Below are positions 19,110 through 29,700 of a stretch of 64,000 bases of DNA, one piece after another. The first letter of the stretch is position 1. Every line of letters starts with the position of its first letter. Location of the stretch: the NCBI GenBank assembly GCA_963666565.1, contig OY762911.1, forward strand, positions 1,088,001 through 1,152,000, written 5' to 3'. Position numbers and translations under genes: made by a program. The notes below the pieces were generated by a model. The model was given only the letters and a program-made list of their open reading frames with translations. It was not told the origin of the DNA and ran no database searches. The DNA comes from Thermoanaerobaculia bacterium (GTDB lineage: Bacteria > Acidobacteriota > Thermoanaerobaculia > Multivoradales > Multivoraceae).

Positions 19110-19784
19110 TCAAGACATAGCGAGTTCACGTTCCGTCGCAGGAGAAACCGGTCCCTCGAGAACGGCCGCCATCGCGTCCAGCAGCGTCTCGAAGAACAGC
19201 TCGGCATCGGGTCCGTCGAAGCTGCCGCCGGAGAGCGCCCGCTGGGCGAGCGCCAGCGCCGCCATCCGGTGCATCAGGTCGAACCGCCGGTCCGCCAGCG
19301 CCTTGGGGATCCGAAGCTGCGCGCGGATGCGCTTCGCAACCTCGCCCACTCCCGCGCCCGTGTAGCGAATCGCGCCCTCGCGGAGCTCCTCGCCGGGCAG
19401 GAAGACGAGTTGCCCGATCACCTTGAGGAAAAGCGCGAACTCCGGATCGCGTCGGGCGATCCGCACCGGAGGCATGACCGCCACCTCGCACAGCCGGCGC
19501 ACGTCCTGAACCCCGCCGGCTTCGTCCAGTTCGCGCAGCATGCGCTCCCGCTCTTCCCCGATCTGCGCGCCGCGCTTGACGTACATGGCGTCGATGAGCC
19601 CCTCGCGGCCGCCGAAGTGGTACTGGAGGGCCGATTCGTTGCGTTGGCCCGCTTCGCGCAGGATGGCGCGAGTGGAGGTCGGGCCGACGCCCCGCTCGGC
19701 GAACAGCTTCTCGGCGGCGCGCAGGAGCTTCTCGCGCGTGGTTTCTCCGACCGCTGACATCGCGGGGCTTGCTCCGTTGCTCAT
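19110..19784 (-). CDS. TetR/AcrR family transcriptional regulator
   Basis: TREKLLRAAEKLFAERG...AGQRNESALQYHFGGREGL N-terminal HTH; divergent from the sulfatase. Confidence 0.9.
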   Translation of the reverse strand: MSNGASPAMSAVGETTREKLLRAAEKLFAERGVGPTSTRAILREAGQRNESALQYHFGGREGLIDAMYVKRGAQIGEERERMLRELDEAGGVQDVRRLCEVAVMPPVRIARRDPEFALFLKVIGQLVFLPGEELREGAIRYTGAGVGEVAKRIRAQLRIPKALADRRFDLMHRMAALALAQRALSGGSFDGPDAELFFETLLDAMAAVLEGPVSPATERELAMS

Positions 19785-19825
19785 CGCAACGTCGGGGCCT
19801 GCTTCGCCGGGTTGCGGCGAGAGGA

Positions 19826-19862
19826 ACTAATGACATTCATCAGGACTAATGATAGACATTAG
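19826..19862. promoter_or_regulatory. Putative TetR operator
   Basis: AT-rich island with the palindrome CTAATG-N5-CATTAG (19846-19862) and another ACTAATGA half-site at 19826, between divergent genes. Confidence 0.6.
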
Positions 19863-19880
19863 CACGCGAGGTTCCGAACG

Positions 19881-22472
19881 ATGTCGTCCCGGTTCATAGT
19901 CAGACGGCGGAGGAAGCGCCGGGGCCACCTGCTGGCGGCGGCGCTCGCGGCGGTCGCGGCCCTTCAGGCGTCGGCGTCGACGGCAGCGGAATCCGAGGCC
20001 CCGGCCACACCCCGGCCGAACGTCGTCGTCGTGGTCGCGGACGACGTCGGCTTCACGGACCTGGGCGCGTACGGCAGCGAGATTCGCACTCCCCACATCG
20101 ACGCGATCGCCTCGCGCGGCATCCTCTTCACGAACTTCCACGCCTCGCCGATGTGCTCGCCGTCGCGGGCCATGCTGCTCACCGGGGTCGACTCGCACCT
20201 GACCGACGTCGCCAGCCTGCACGTGGCCACGCCGCTTCGTCATCGCGGCCAACCCGGCTACCGAGGCGAGTTGAGCACGGACGTGGTCACGATCGCCAGC
20301 CGCCTGCGCGGCGCCGGCTACCGCACCTACCTGAGCGGCAAGTGGAACCTCGGTCACGGTCCGACCTCGCTGCCCAGCGCGCGCGGGTTCGATCGGACGT
20401 TCGCGCTTGACGCCACCGGCGCCGACAACTTCGAGAAGAAGTCCTACCTGCCCATCTACGGGGAGCCTCCCTGGTTCGCCGACGGCGAGCCGACCGACCT
20501 GCCGGCCGACTTCTACTCGTCGGAGCACCTCGTGGACAGGCTCCTCGAGTTCATCGACACGGATCGGGTCACCGACGGGGAGCGACAGCCCTTCTTCGCC
20601 TACCTCGCCTTTCAGGCGGTCCACCTGCCGGTTCAGGCGCCGCGCGAGTTCATCGAAGGCTACGAGGGCGTGTACGACGAAGGATGGAACGCACTGCGGA
20701 GGGAGCGCCATCGCCGCGCTGTTGAAGTGGGTGTCTTTCCGCCCGGGGCCGACCCGTCGACCACGCCGGAGCAGGCGGACTGGGAGGCTCTCTCGCCCGA
20801 CGAGAGAGCGTTCGCCGCCAAGAACATGGCGGTCAACGCGGCGATGCTCGAAGCGATGGACCATCACTTCGGGCGGCTGGTCGAGTACCTCGGGAACGAG
20901 GGGCTCCTGGAGAACACCGTCTTCGTCGTGCTGTCCGACAACGGTCCGGAGGCAGGCGACCCGGCCCAGAGCGGTCAGTTCGACCGGTGGGCGAAGCGCG
21001 TCGGCTACCGCCGCGACCTCGAGACGCTCGGCGAGAAGGGGAGCTACGGCATCATCGGCCCGCACTTCGCGCGGGCGGCGGCCGCTCCGCTCGCGTACTA
21101 CAAGTTCCACGGCGGCGAGGGGGGAATTCGCGTTCCCCTGATCGTCGCCGGGCCGGGGGTGGAGGCGCGAGGGATCGCTCCGGCCTTCACCTTCGTGACG
21201 GACCTCGTTCCCACGATTCTCGAGCTCACCGGCGCGGGCGACGGCACTCCGTCCGGCAAGCATCCCATCGACGGCCGCAGCCTGGCCCCGGCGCTGCGCG
21301 ATCCTTCGACCCTGGTCCATCCGCCGCATGAGGCGGTCGGATTCGAGACGGCGGGCCACAGGGGCGTCTTCAAGGGCGACCACAAGCTCGTCCGGGTCGG
21401 TGCTCCCGTGGGCGACGGCCGCTGGCGCCTCTTCGATCTGGCGGAGGACCCGGGCGAGACCCGCGACCTGGCCGCGGAACAACCCGAGCGGTTCTCCGAG
21501 ATGCTGGCGGACTACGAGGCCTACGCCGAGCGCGTGGGAGTGCTCGAGGTGCCTGCCTTCTACTCGCCGACTCGTCAGCTAGCGATCAACTACTTCTACG
21601 ACCGTGCAAAGGAGACCTTCATGAAGACCAGGGTATGGACCGGAGCAGGGCTGGCCGTCGTCGTGCTTGCGGCCGCCGTCTGGCTGGGATTGCCGAGGGT
21701 GCTCGTCGGCCTGGGCCTTCACGCCCACTACGAGATTCCCGCGATCGATCTCGCCGGCCGCCGCGCCCTCATCGTGACCACCAGCCACGACACGCTGGGC
21801 GATTCAGGCAAGGCGACCGGCGTCTGGGCGTCGGAAATGACCGTGCCTTACTACGCGTTCGCGGACGCCGGAATGTCGGTCGACGTGGCGAGCATCCAGG
21901 GCGGCGCCATCCCGGTCGAGCGCCAGTCCGTGCGGTGGCCGGTGGCCACGCCGGAGGACAAGCGCTATCTCCGGGATGCGGAGTTTCGATCCAGGGTCGA
22001 GAACTCGTTGGCGATCGCCGACGTAGACGGCAGCGCCTACGACATCGTGTTTCTCGCCGGCGGCTGGGGCGCCGCGTACGACCTCGGCCAGTCGGAAGAA
22101 CTGGGCAGGAAGGTCAGCGAGGCGTACGCCCGCGAATCGGTGGTCGGCGGCGTGTGCCACGGTCCGTTGGGACTGCTCCGGGCGGTGACTCCGGCCGGAG
22201 AGCCTCTGGTGCGGGGCCGCCGCGTCTCGGCCGTTTCGGACAAGCAGATCGAGGAGCTCGGCATCACCTTCACCCCGATGCACCCGGAGCGGGACCTGCG
22301 CACCGCCGGAGCGCTGTTCGAGAGCGAGACCAGGTTTCGCGACATGCTCGCGAGCCGCGTCGTCGTCGACGGACGCCTGGTGACGGGCCAGAACCAGAAC
22401 AGCGGGGCCGAAACGGCGCATCGCATGATGGAGGTTCTGCTGGAGTCGCGGCGGGCCGGCACAGCGCAGTGA
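19881..22472 (+). CDS. Exported arylsulfatase in frame with a DJ-1/PfpI domain
   Basis: ADDVG, CSPSRAMLLTG and GKWNLG sulfatase motifs; then TGVWASE, AGGWGA, VCHG and VTGQN DJ-1 motifs; internal SD plus ATG at 21621. Confidence 0.85.
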   Translation: MSSRFIVRRRRKRRGHLLAAALAAVAALQASASTAAESEAPATPRPNVVVVVADDVGFTDLGAYGSEIRTPHIDAIASRGILFTNFHASPMCSPSRAMLLTGVDSHLTDVASLHVATPLRHRGQPGYRGELSTDVVTIASRLRGAGYRTYLSGKWNLGHGPTSLPSARGFDRTFALDATGADNFEKKSYLPIYGEPPWFADGEPTDLPADFYSSEHLVDRLLEFIDTDRVTDGERQPFFAYLAFQAVHLPVQAPREFIEGYEGVYDEGWNALRRERHRRAVEVGVFPPGADPSTTPEQADWEALSPDERAFAAKNMAVNAAMLEAMDHHFGRLVEYLGNEGLLENTVFVVLSDNGPEAGDPAQSGQFDRWAKRVGYRRDLETLGEKGSYGIIGPHFARAAAAPLAYYKFHGGEGGIRVPLIVAGPGVEARGIAPAFTFVTDLVPTILELTGAGDGTPSGKHPIDGRSLAPALRDPSTLVHPPHEAVGFETAGHRGVFKGDHKLVRVGAPVGDGRWRLFDLAEDPGETRDLAAEQPERFSEMLADYEAYAERVGVLEVPAFYSPTRQLAINYFYDRAKETFMKTRVWTGAGLAVVVLAAAVWLGLPRVLVGLGLHAHYEIPAIDLAGRRALIVTTSHDTLGDSGKATGVWASEMTVPYYAFADAGMSVDVASIQGGAIPVERQSVRWPVATPEDKRYLRDAEFRSRVENSLAIADVDGSAYDIVFLAGGWGAAYDLGQSEELGRKVSEAYARESVVGGVCHGPLGLLRAVTPAGEPLVRGRRVSAVSDKQIEELGITFTPMHPERDLRTAGALFESETRFRDMLASRVVVDGRLVTGQNQNSGAETAHRMMEVLLESRRAGTAQ

Positions 22473-22518
22473 TTCGCCGGCGCACCCGGTGTGCGGCGGC
22501 GAGTGCGCTGCCCTGTTC

Positions 22519-24150
22519 CTAGCCCGAGAAGTAGACCATCACCGCGGCGACGATCAGGACCAGCACAACCGACAGCGTCCGGTCCAGCCGGCGCTTCGCC
22601 GGGTCGGACTCGGCGAGAAGCTCGGCGTTGCCTGCCCGACTCCAGGTCAGGCCGGCGACGCGCTGCTCCGACGGCGGCGGGAACCAGAGGCTGACCGCGA
22701 CCAGCACGGCCGCGCAGATCAGGAACAGGAAGATCGCGACGTGCATGAAGTTGATGTCGGCGAAGGTGTAGAGGAAGCCGCTCAGGCTGTCCTTGTTGAG
22801 TTCCGCCACCAGGCGGCCCATTCCCAGGACGAATCCGACGGCCAGCGACGCGATCGCGCCCTGGGCGTTCAGGCGCTTCCAGAACAGTCCGAGCAGGAAG
22901 ACCGCGGTGATGGGCGGGGAGATGTAGCCCTGGACGCTCTGGAGGTACTGGTAGAGCGTGCCCGAGATGTTCTGCATCAACGGGATCCAGAGCAGGCCCA
23001 GGCCGACCAGTCCCACGGTGGCCGTCTGGCCGACCAGGACGAGCCGCCGCTCGGACACCTCCGGCCGCAGCTTCTTGTAGATGTCGATCGTGATCAGCGT
23101 CGAGCAGGAGTTGAAGACGGAGGAGAGGCTGCTCATCAGGGCCGCCAGCAGACCCGCGACCACCAGGCCCCGGAAGCCAGCCGGGAGCAGCGCCACGACC
23201 AGGGCCGGCAACGCCTGGTCGGAGGAGGCGAGTTCGAGCTTGCCGGATTGCGACAGGCAGTAGGCGATTACGCCGGGCACCACGAACAGGAACAGCGGCA
23301 ACTGCTTGAGGAAGCCGGCGAAGATCGTCCCGCGCCGGGCGTCGTCGATGCCGCGCGCGGAGAGCGCGCGCTGGACGATGAACTGATCGGTGCACCAGTA
23401 CCAGACGGCGATGATCGGCGCGCCGAAGGCGATGCCGGTCCACGGGAAGTCGGGGTCGGACATCGGCTTCCACATGTCGAAGAAGCCGTCGCCGGCGGTC
23501 TCGACCATGACCCGCCAGCCACCGAGCTCGGCCAGACCGAGGATGGTCACCGTGGAGGCGCCGACGATCAGGACGATGGCTTGCAGCAGGTCGGTGTAGA
23601 CGACGGCGCGGAGGCCGCCGAGCACCGTGTAGACCCCCGTGATGACGACGACCACCAGCGCGCCGGTCCAGAAGTTGATCCCCATCAGGGTCTCGAAAAC
23701 AACGCCGCCCGCGTAGATCGTCACCGAGATCTTGGTCAGCACGTAGCCGATGACCGAGATGACCGAGAGGTACCAGCGGGCCGCGGGCGAGTAGCGCCGC
23801 TCCAGGAACTCCGGCATCGTGAAGATGCCGCTCTTGACGTAGAACGGAACGAAGAGCCAGCCGAGAATGAGCAGGATCAGTGAGGCCTGGAGCTCGAACT
23901 GGCCGAGGACGAGGCCGCTCTCGGCGCCGGTGCCGGCCAGGCCGACCAGGTGCTCGGAGCCGATGTTCGAGGCGAACAGCGACGCGCCGACGACGAACCA
24001 GCCGACGTTGCGGCCGGCGAGGAAGTAGCTCGACGAGGTGCGTTCGCCGTGCTGGACGCGCCTGATGGCCCAGAGCGCGATGGCGAAGACGCCGGCGAAG
24101 TAGAGGGCGACGACGGTCCAGTCGAGGGTGGTGATCTTCGCCGTCAGCAT
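22519..24150 (-). CDS. Sodium:solute symporter (SGLT-like)
   Basis: YFLAGR, SLFASNIGSEHLVGLAG, WYWCTDQFIVQRALSA, AALMSSL. Confidence 0.93.
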   Translation of the reverse strand: MLTAKITTLDWTVVALYFAGVFAIALWAIRRVQHGERTSSSYFLAGRNVGWFVVGASLFASNIGSEHLVGLAGTGAESGLVLGQFELQASLILLILGWLFVPFYVKSGIFTMPEFLERRYSPAARWYLSVISVIGYVLTKISVTIYAGGVVFETLMGINFWTGALVVVVITGVYTVLGGLRAVVYTDLLQAIVLIVGASTVTILGLAELGGWRVMVETAGDGFFDMWKPMSDPDFPWTGIAFGAPIIAVWYWCTDQFIVQRALSARGIDDARRGTIFAGFLKQLPLFLFVVPGVIAYCLSQSGKLELASSDQALPALVVALLPAGFRGLVVAGLLAALMSSLSSVFNSCSTLITIDIYKKLRPEVSERRLVLVGQTATVGLVGLGLLWIPLMQNISGTLYQYLQSVQGYISPPITAVFLLGLFWKRLNAQGAIASLAVGFVLGMGRLVAELNKDSLSGFLYTFADINFMHVAIFLFLICAAVLVAVSLWFPPPSEQRVAGLTWSRAGNAELLAESDPAKRRLDRTLSVVLVLIVAAVMVYFSG

Positions 24151-24189
24151 GGCCCGTTCTCCTCGCTCAGCAAGCCGGCCTCCTCGCGC

Positions 24190-26748
24190 TCAGCAACCGG
24201 CCGTCAGCGCGGCGGGATCGGCGGGTGCGATCGCGATGCGCGAGAAACGAAACGTGAACGGACCGTCCGTCGTGATCAGGAAGGGCGTGTCGATGCGGTC
24301 CATCTCGGCGCCGGAAGCCTCGAAGCAGCGGAGAGGAATCTGCAGGGTGTCCCATTCTCCTTCGGGCACGCCCGCGAAGATGGGCGAGACGAGGAGGCCG
24401 CCGGTACACGGGTAGCCGCAGTCCATCCGCATCTGGACTCGCCGGGCGGGCGCCTGCTCCACCAGGAAGTCGATCTCGAGAGTCATGCCGCTCGCCGTTT
24501 CGGCGCGCAGATCGATCGGATTCGACTGGAGGTAGATCTGGGCCTCGTTCCGGCCTCGCCACTGCGCCTTCCGCGCATCCTCCTGGACGTTGCGGTCCAC
24601 GGCCGAGAGCACGACGCCGGATACGCGGCGGCGGGTCTGACCGCGGCCGTCGGGAGCGGAAACCCGCCAGTCCGCCTCGTCGCCCACGTAGAACGACCAC
24701 CCTTCCGCCGTTCGTCCTTCGAAGAGAACGCGCTCGGGAGACCCGCCGCCGGTCGCGCCGGCGTCCGTCGTGCGAACCGGCGACGATCCGGCCGGCCGCG
24801 TCTCGTCCAGCGCCGGCAGATCGCCGTCGTCGGCGTAGGTCAGGCCGTAGCCGTAGGGGAAGAGCGGGTCGTAGTCCGGATCGCCGACGTTGAGCACCGT
24901 CTGGTCGAGCGAGCGCGGCCAGGAGAAGGAGAGCTTGCCGCGGAAGTCGTGGGCTACTCCGCCGCCGGCCGCGCCGAAGATGACGTCGGCCACGCCGGCG
25001 CCCTCGGAGCCCGGCAGCCAGGCGGCCACGAAGGCGTCCGATGCGTTGATCTCCGGGTTCGTCCACAGCGGGCGCCCGGACAGGAAGATCGTGACGACCG
25101 GGATGCCGGCGGCCTGGAGCCGCCCCATCAGTTCCACGTCGGACTTGTCGGCCGGGCTGTACTCGAGGCTCGACACGTCGCCCTGGCCCTCGGCGTAGGG
25201 CGTCTCGCCGGTCACGTAGATGGCGGCGTCCGGCAGCTCGCCGCTGTAGGCGCATCCCTGGCAGAGGACGGCCCGGCCGCCCGCCGCCTCGACGGTCCGT
25301 TCGATGCCGGTCCAGATGGAGGTGGCGCCGGGGAAGTCGGCGTTCGTGTTCTCGGTACCCTGCCAGGTCAGCGTCCAGCCGCCGCTCTGCCGGCCGATGT
25401 CGTCGGCCGCCGGCCCCGCGACCAGGACCAGCGACGTCGGGGCCAGGGGCAGGAGGCCGCCGTCGTTCTTCAGCAGGACGAGAGACTCGCGCACCGCCTG
25501 GCGGGCCGTCTCGCGGTGCTCTGGCGCGCCCAGCAGCTCGAACCGCCCGCCGAGCGCCCGTTCCGAGGGCGGGCCGGCGTCGAGCAGGCCGGCTCGGATC
25601 TTCACCCGCAGGATGCGCCGCACCGCGTCGTCAAGCCGTTCCTCGGGAATCGCGCCGGAACGCGCCTGCCGGAGCGTGTTCCGATGGAGCGCCCTCCAGT
25701 CTTCCGGGACCATGAACAGGTCGAGCCCGGCCCGAATCGTGTCGGCGCAGTCGTCGTTGCCGCAGCCGGGCAACTGGCCGTGGCCGTTCCAGTCGCCGAC
25801 GACGAGCCCGTCGAAGGCCATGCGGCCCTTGAGCACCTCCGTCAGCAGCCCGGCGTGGCCGTGCAGCTTCTGGCCGTGCCAACTGCTGAACGAGGCCATC
25901 ACCGCCTGCGCGCCGGCGTCGAGCGCGGCAACGTAGGGAGCGCCGTGGAAGTCGCGGAGTTCCTCTTCGCTCGCCCGCGTGTCTCCCTGATCGATGCCCT
26001 CGAAGGTGCCGCCGTCGCCCAGGAAGTGCTTCGCCGTGGCGATCACCCGCTCCTCGCCCAGGAAGTCCGGGCCGCCGAGCGCGCCCTGGAGTCCCTCGAC
26101 CAGGGCGCGCGCGTACTGGACGACGATCTCGGGGTCCTCCGAGTAGCTCTCGTAGGTGCGGCCCCAGCGATCGTCCCGGGCCACGGCGACGGTCGGACCG
26201 AAGTTCCAGTCCAGGCCGGTGGCGCGCACCTCGCGGGCCGTGATCTCGCCGATGCGGCGGATCAGGTCCGGATTCCGCGCCGCGCCGAGCCCGATGTTGT
26301 GGGGGAAGATCGTCGCGCCGATCACGTTGTTGTGGCCGTGCACCGCGTCCACGCCCCAGATCGCGGGAATCCCGACGCCGCCGTCCGACGTGTCGGTGGA
26401 GGCTTCGTGGAAGGCGTCCGCCAGCTCCAGCCAGTCCTCCGGCGAGGCGTGCTTGTCGTTGCCGGGGAAGGAGCCGCCGCCGTTCAGCACCGAGCCGAGG
26501 TCGTACCGCTGCACGTCCCGCGGCGTGACCGAGCGGATCTCCGCCTGGATGATCTGGCCCACCTTCTCGCGGAGGGTCATCCGCTCAAGGAGAGCGTCGA
26601 CGCGCGCTTCGAGCTCCGGATCGGCCGCCAGCGGCGGCGTCAGTTCAGGCCAGAGGTCGGCGCGGACCTCGGGTGCCGGAGACTGCTGCGCCTGCGCTGG
26701 AGCCGCAAAGGCGACAACCAGCGCAAGCGCGAGCAGAGAAGCTGTCAC
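24190..26748 (-). CDS. Exported GH3 beta-glucosidase / exo-beta-glucanase with a C-terminal accessory domain
   Basis: DAVHGHNN, WGRTYESYSED, KHFLGDGG, VGDWNG nucleophile, GETPYAEG. Confidence 0.92.
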   Translation of the reverse strand: MTASLLALALVVAFAAPAQAQQSPAPEVRADLWPELTPPLAADPELEARVDALLERMTLREKVGQIIQAEIRSVTPRDVQRYDLGSVLNGGGSFPGNDKHASPEDWLELADAFHEASTDTSDGGVGIPAIWGVDAVHGHNNVIGATIFPHNIGLGAARNPDLIRRIGEITAREVRATGLDWNFGPTVAVARDDRWGRTYESYSEDPEIVVQYARALVEGLQGALGGPDFLGEERVIATAKHFLGDGGTFEGIDQGDTRASEEELRDFHGAPYVAALDAGAQAVMASFSSWHGQKLHGHAGLLTEVLKGRMAFDGLVVGDWNGHGQLPGCGNDDCADTIRAGLDLFMVPEDWRALHRNTLRQARSGAIPEERLDDAVRRILRVKIRAGLLDAGPPSERALGGRFELLGAPEHRETARQAVRESLVLLKNDGGLLPLAPTSLVLVAGPAADDIGRQSGGWTLTWQGTENTNADFPGATSIWTGIERTVEAAGGRAVLCQGCAYSGELPDAAIYVTGETPYAEGQGDVSSLEYSPADKSDVELMGRLQAAGIPVVTIFLSGRPLWTNPEINASDAFVAAWLPGSEGAGVADVIFGAAGGGVAHDFRGKLSFSWPRSLDQTVLNVGDPDYDPLFPYGYGLTYADDGDLPALDETRPAGSSPVRTTDAGATGGGSPERVLFEGRTAEGWSFYVGDEADWRVSAPDGRGQTRRRVSGVVLSAVDRNVQEDARKAQWRGRNEAQIYLQSNPIDLRAETASGMTLEIDFLVEQAPARRVQMRMDCGYPCTGGLLVSPIFAGVPEGEWDTLQIPLRCFEASGAEMDRIDTPFLITTDGPFTFRFSRIAIAPADPAALTAGC

Positions 26749-26785
26749 GACGTGGGGCCGTCCGGTCTGCGTCCCGTCGTCCGTC

Positions 26786-29700
26786 CTAGAACAGCAGCTT
26801 GAAGCCGACCTGAATCTGCCTCGGGTCGCGGGCCGCCTGGGCCTGACCGAAGTTGGCCGGCAGGGTGTAGCCGGTGATCGTCCGGCGGTCCGTGGCCACG
26901 TCGCTGTCGTAGGTGACGCTGCTCGGGTTCATCACCGAGTTGATGCCCACGAAGTTGTCGCGGTTCGTCACGTTGAACACCTCGAACCGGAACTGGCCGG
27001 TGACGCGGTCGGTGATGCGGATGTTCTTGGTCAGCGAGAAGTCGACCTGGAAGAAGTCCGCTCCCTCGCACACGCCGGGCCGGGTGTTGCTCAGCGTGCC
27101 GAGCTGCCAGCCGACCAGCGTGAAGGCGTCGGGATTGATCGCCTGCAGGCCGCTGCCGGCGCAGGAAGCCCCCGTGAGGAGCGGCCGCATGTTCTCGGTG
27201 TAGCCGGTGCCGCCGGCGCCGTTGACCCCGGTCAGGTTTCCGGTCCTCACCGTGAGGGCCTGACCCGAGGAGTACTGGACGATGCCGCCGAACTGCCAGG
27301 CGCCGAACAGCGCGCGGACGAAGGCGCTCTGGTTCTCGAGCGTCGGCAGGTTGTGGAGCACGTTCGCGTTGAACACGTGATCCCGGTGCAGGCCCGCGTA
27401 GCCCCAGTCGAGATCGGGGTTCTCGCGATCCGTGATCTGACCGGCGAAGCTGCCCGCGCCCGCGTCGTTCAGCGGATCGTTGGCCTTGAAGCTCGCCAGC
27501 GTGTACGAGGCCTGGAACTGCGAGCCGGTGCCGTACCGATGCACGTACTGCATCTGGAGGCCGTCGTACTCGGAAATGCCGTTCGATTCCCAGAACAGGA
27601 TGTTGCCGTCGCCGAAGACCGAGTACGGCCGCAGCGCGCCGCGAACGCCGGCGCCGCCGTCACCCTCCGGGGCGGTCACGTACTCGAGCCGGTCGGGGAT
27701 GCCGTTGCCGTTGTTGTCGCCGGAGGCGACCTGGTTGATGTCGGAGCGCCGCGTGATGTGCCGCCCGCGGGTGCCCACGTAGGCGATCTCGATCGTGCTG
27801 CTCCGGCCGAGCCGCTGCTCCCAGGCCACGTTGAACTGCAGGTTGTAGGGCGTCTGGAAGTTCGGGTCGATGCCCGTCATCGGCCTTCCGAGGCCGCAGT
27901 CGAGGCACGGCTGCGGCGCTTCGTCCAGCTTGCGGATGCCGTTCAGGCTCGAGCGGAAGGGCGGGTTGCCCGCGAACTCGAGCTGGATGTTCACCCGGTC
28001 GCGCTGGAAGAACTGGCCGAAGCCGGCCCGTACGACGCTCCTGCCGTTGCCGAAGATGTCGTAGGCCAGGCCGAGGCGCGGCGCGAAGTTGTCCGTGTCG
28101 CTGTCCACCAGCCCGCGGCCCGGACCGGTCGAGCCGCCCAGGAGGCCGGCATCGCCGCAGGGGTCCGTTCCCGGCACCTGGAGCAGGCCGTTGCACGGGT
28201 CGCCGCCCAGGGCGGGATCGAACGCGCTGGGATCGAACGCCGCGAGCAGATCGTCGCTGGCGTAGGGCCACTTGTAGTTCGAGTAGCGGACCCCGTAGTC
28301 GAGGTTCAGGCGGGGGTTCACCTGCCAGGAGTCGGCGATGTAGAACTCGATGTCCTCCCAGTTCAGTTCCGGCGTCGGCTGGTGCGAGTTCTCCGCGTAG
28401 CCGAAGGTCATGTCCTGGAGCAGGAAATCGGCCAGGATGTTGCCGGTGTTGGCGCCCCAGCCGTTGTGGCCGGTGCTCGGACCCCAGAACTGCGGCGTCT
28501 CGGAAGCCGAACTGCCGCCGATGTACTCCTTCTTCTTGTTCTCGGAGTAAAGGGCGCCCACCTTGAGCCAGTGCTTGCCGAAGACCTGCGAGTAGTCGTC
28601 CTTGAGCACCATCAGGTCCTGCTTGTTCTCCCAGGGCGCGATGTTCCACAGCGCCCCGTAGCCGGCCGCGCCCCAGAACACCGGGTGGCTACGGTCCGCG
28701 CCGCCCGTCTTGCCGTCGAAGATCGCGGGAATCGCCGCGTTGATCTGGCTGTTCAGGCCGGGGTTCGTGCCGCCCCGGCTGAGGCTGATCTCGTTGCCCG
28801 AGTAGGAGAAGGTGACCGTGTTGACGCTGTCGTCGCCGATCGTCTGGCTGAGCTGGGCCACCAGGGAGTGGCCGGGCTGGTCCCAGTTCGTATCGACCGC
28901 CGGGTAGGGGTCGTCGCCCCAGAGACCGTTCGCCTCGCCGGCGTTCGGAGCGCCGTTGAGCCAGTTGTCCCGCGTGTAGCGGAGCATCAGCCGGCTGCGG
29001 TCCGTGGCGTCGTAGTCGAGCCGGAGGTTCGCCTGGTCCCAGTCGATGGGCGTGACGACGGCCTCGACCCAGTTGTTGCAACTGCCGGCCACGGGCGTCA
29101 CGTTGGGCAGGGGGTAGAGGTTCAGCATGCCCTGGCCGCCGGCGTTGATCCGGTCGGAAGGAATCACGTTGCCCGGGAAGGGCTGGCCGGTCGTCGGGTC
29201 GGTCGGGATCGCCGGGGTGCATCCCGGGATCGACGGACCGTTGAAGTCGCCGGCGCGCTCGGCCGCGGTCGGCACGAAGCCCGTGCGGGCGATGCCGCGC
29301 TCTTCCTGGTTCCACTCGCCGGAGAGGAAGAAGTGCAGCTTGTCCTGGCGGATCGGGCCGCCGAGGGTGAAGCCGTAGTCCTGGCGGTCGAGCGGCTCCG
29401 TGTCCAGGCCGGCCTGCTTCAGGAAGTAGTTCGTCTCGTTCCACGAATCGTCGCGCATGAACGTGTAGGCGCTGCCGCGGAAGTCGTTCGTGCCGCCGCG
29501 GGTCACGATGTTGATCTGGCCGCCGGCGGCGCCGCCGAACTCGGCGCTGTAGCTGTTGCTGTGGATCTTGAACTCCTCGATCGCGTCGACCGAGGGGTAG
29601 ATGAGGATCGTGCGGTTCGAGCCGACGTCGTTGTTGTTGGCGCCGTCGATCGTCCACATGTTGCCGGTGGTGCCGCTGCCGCTGATCGACAGGTCGACGC

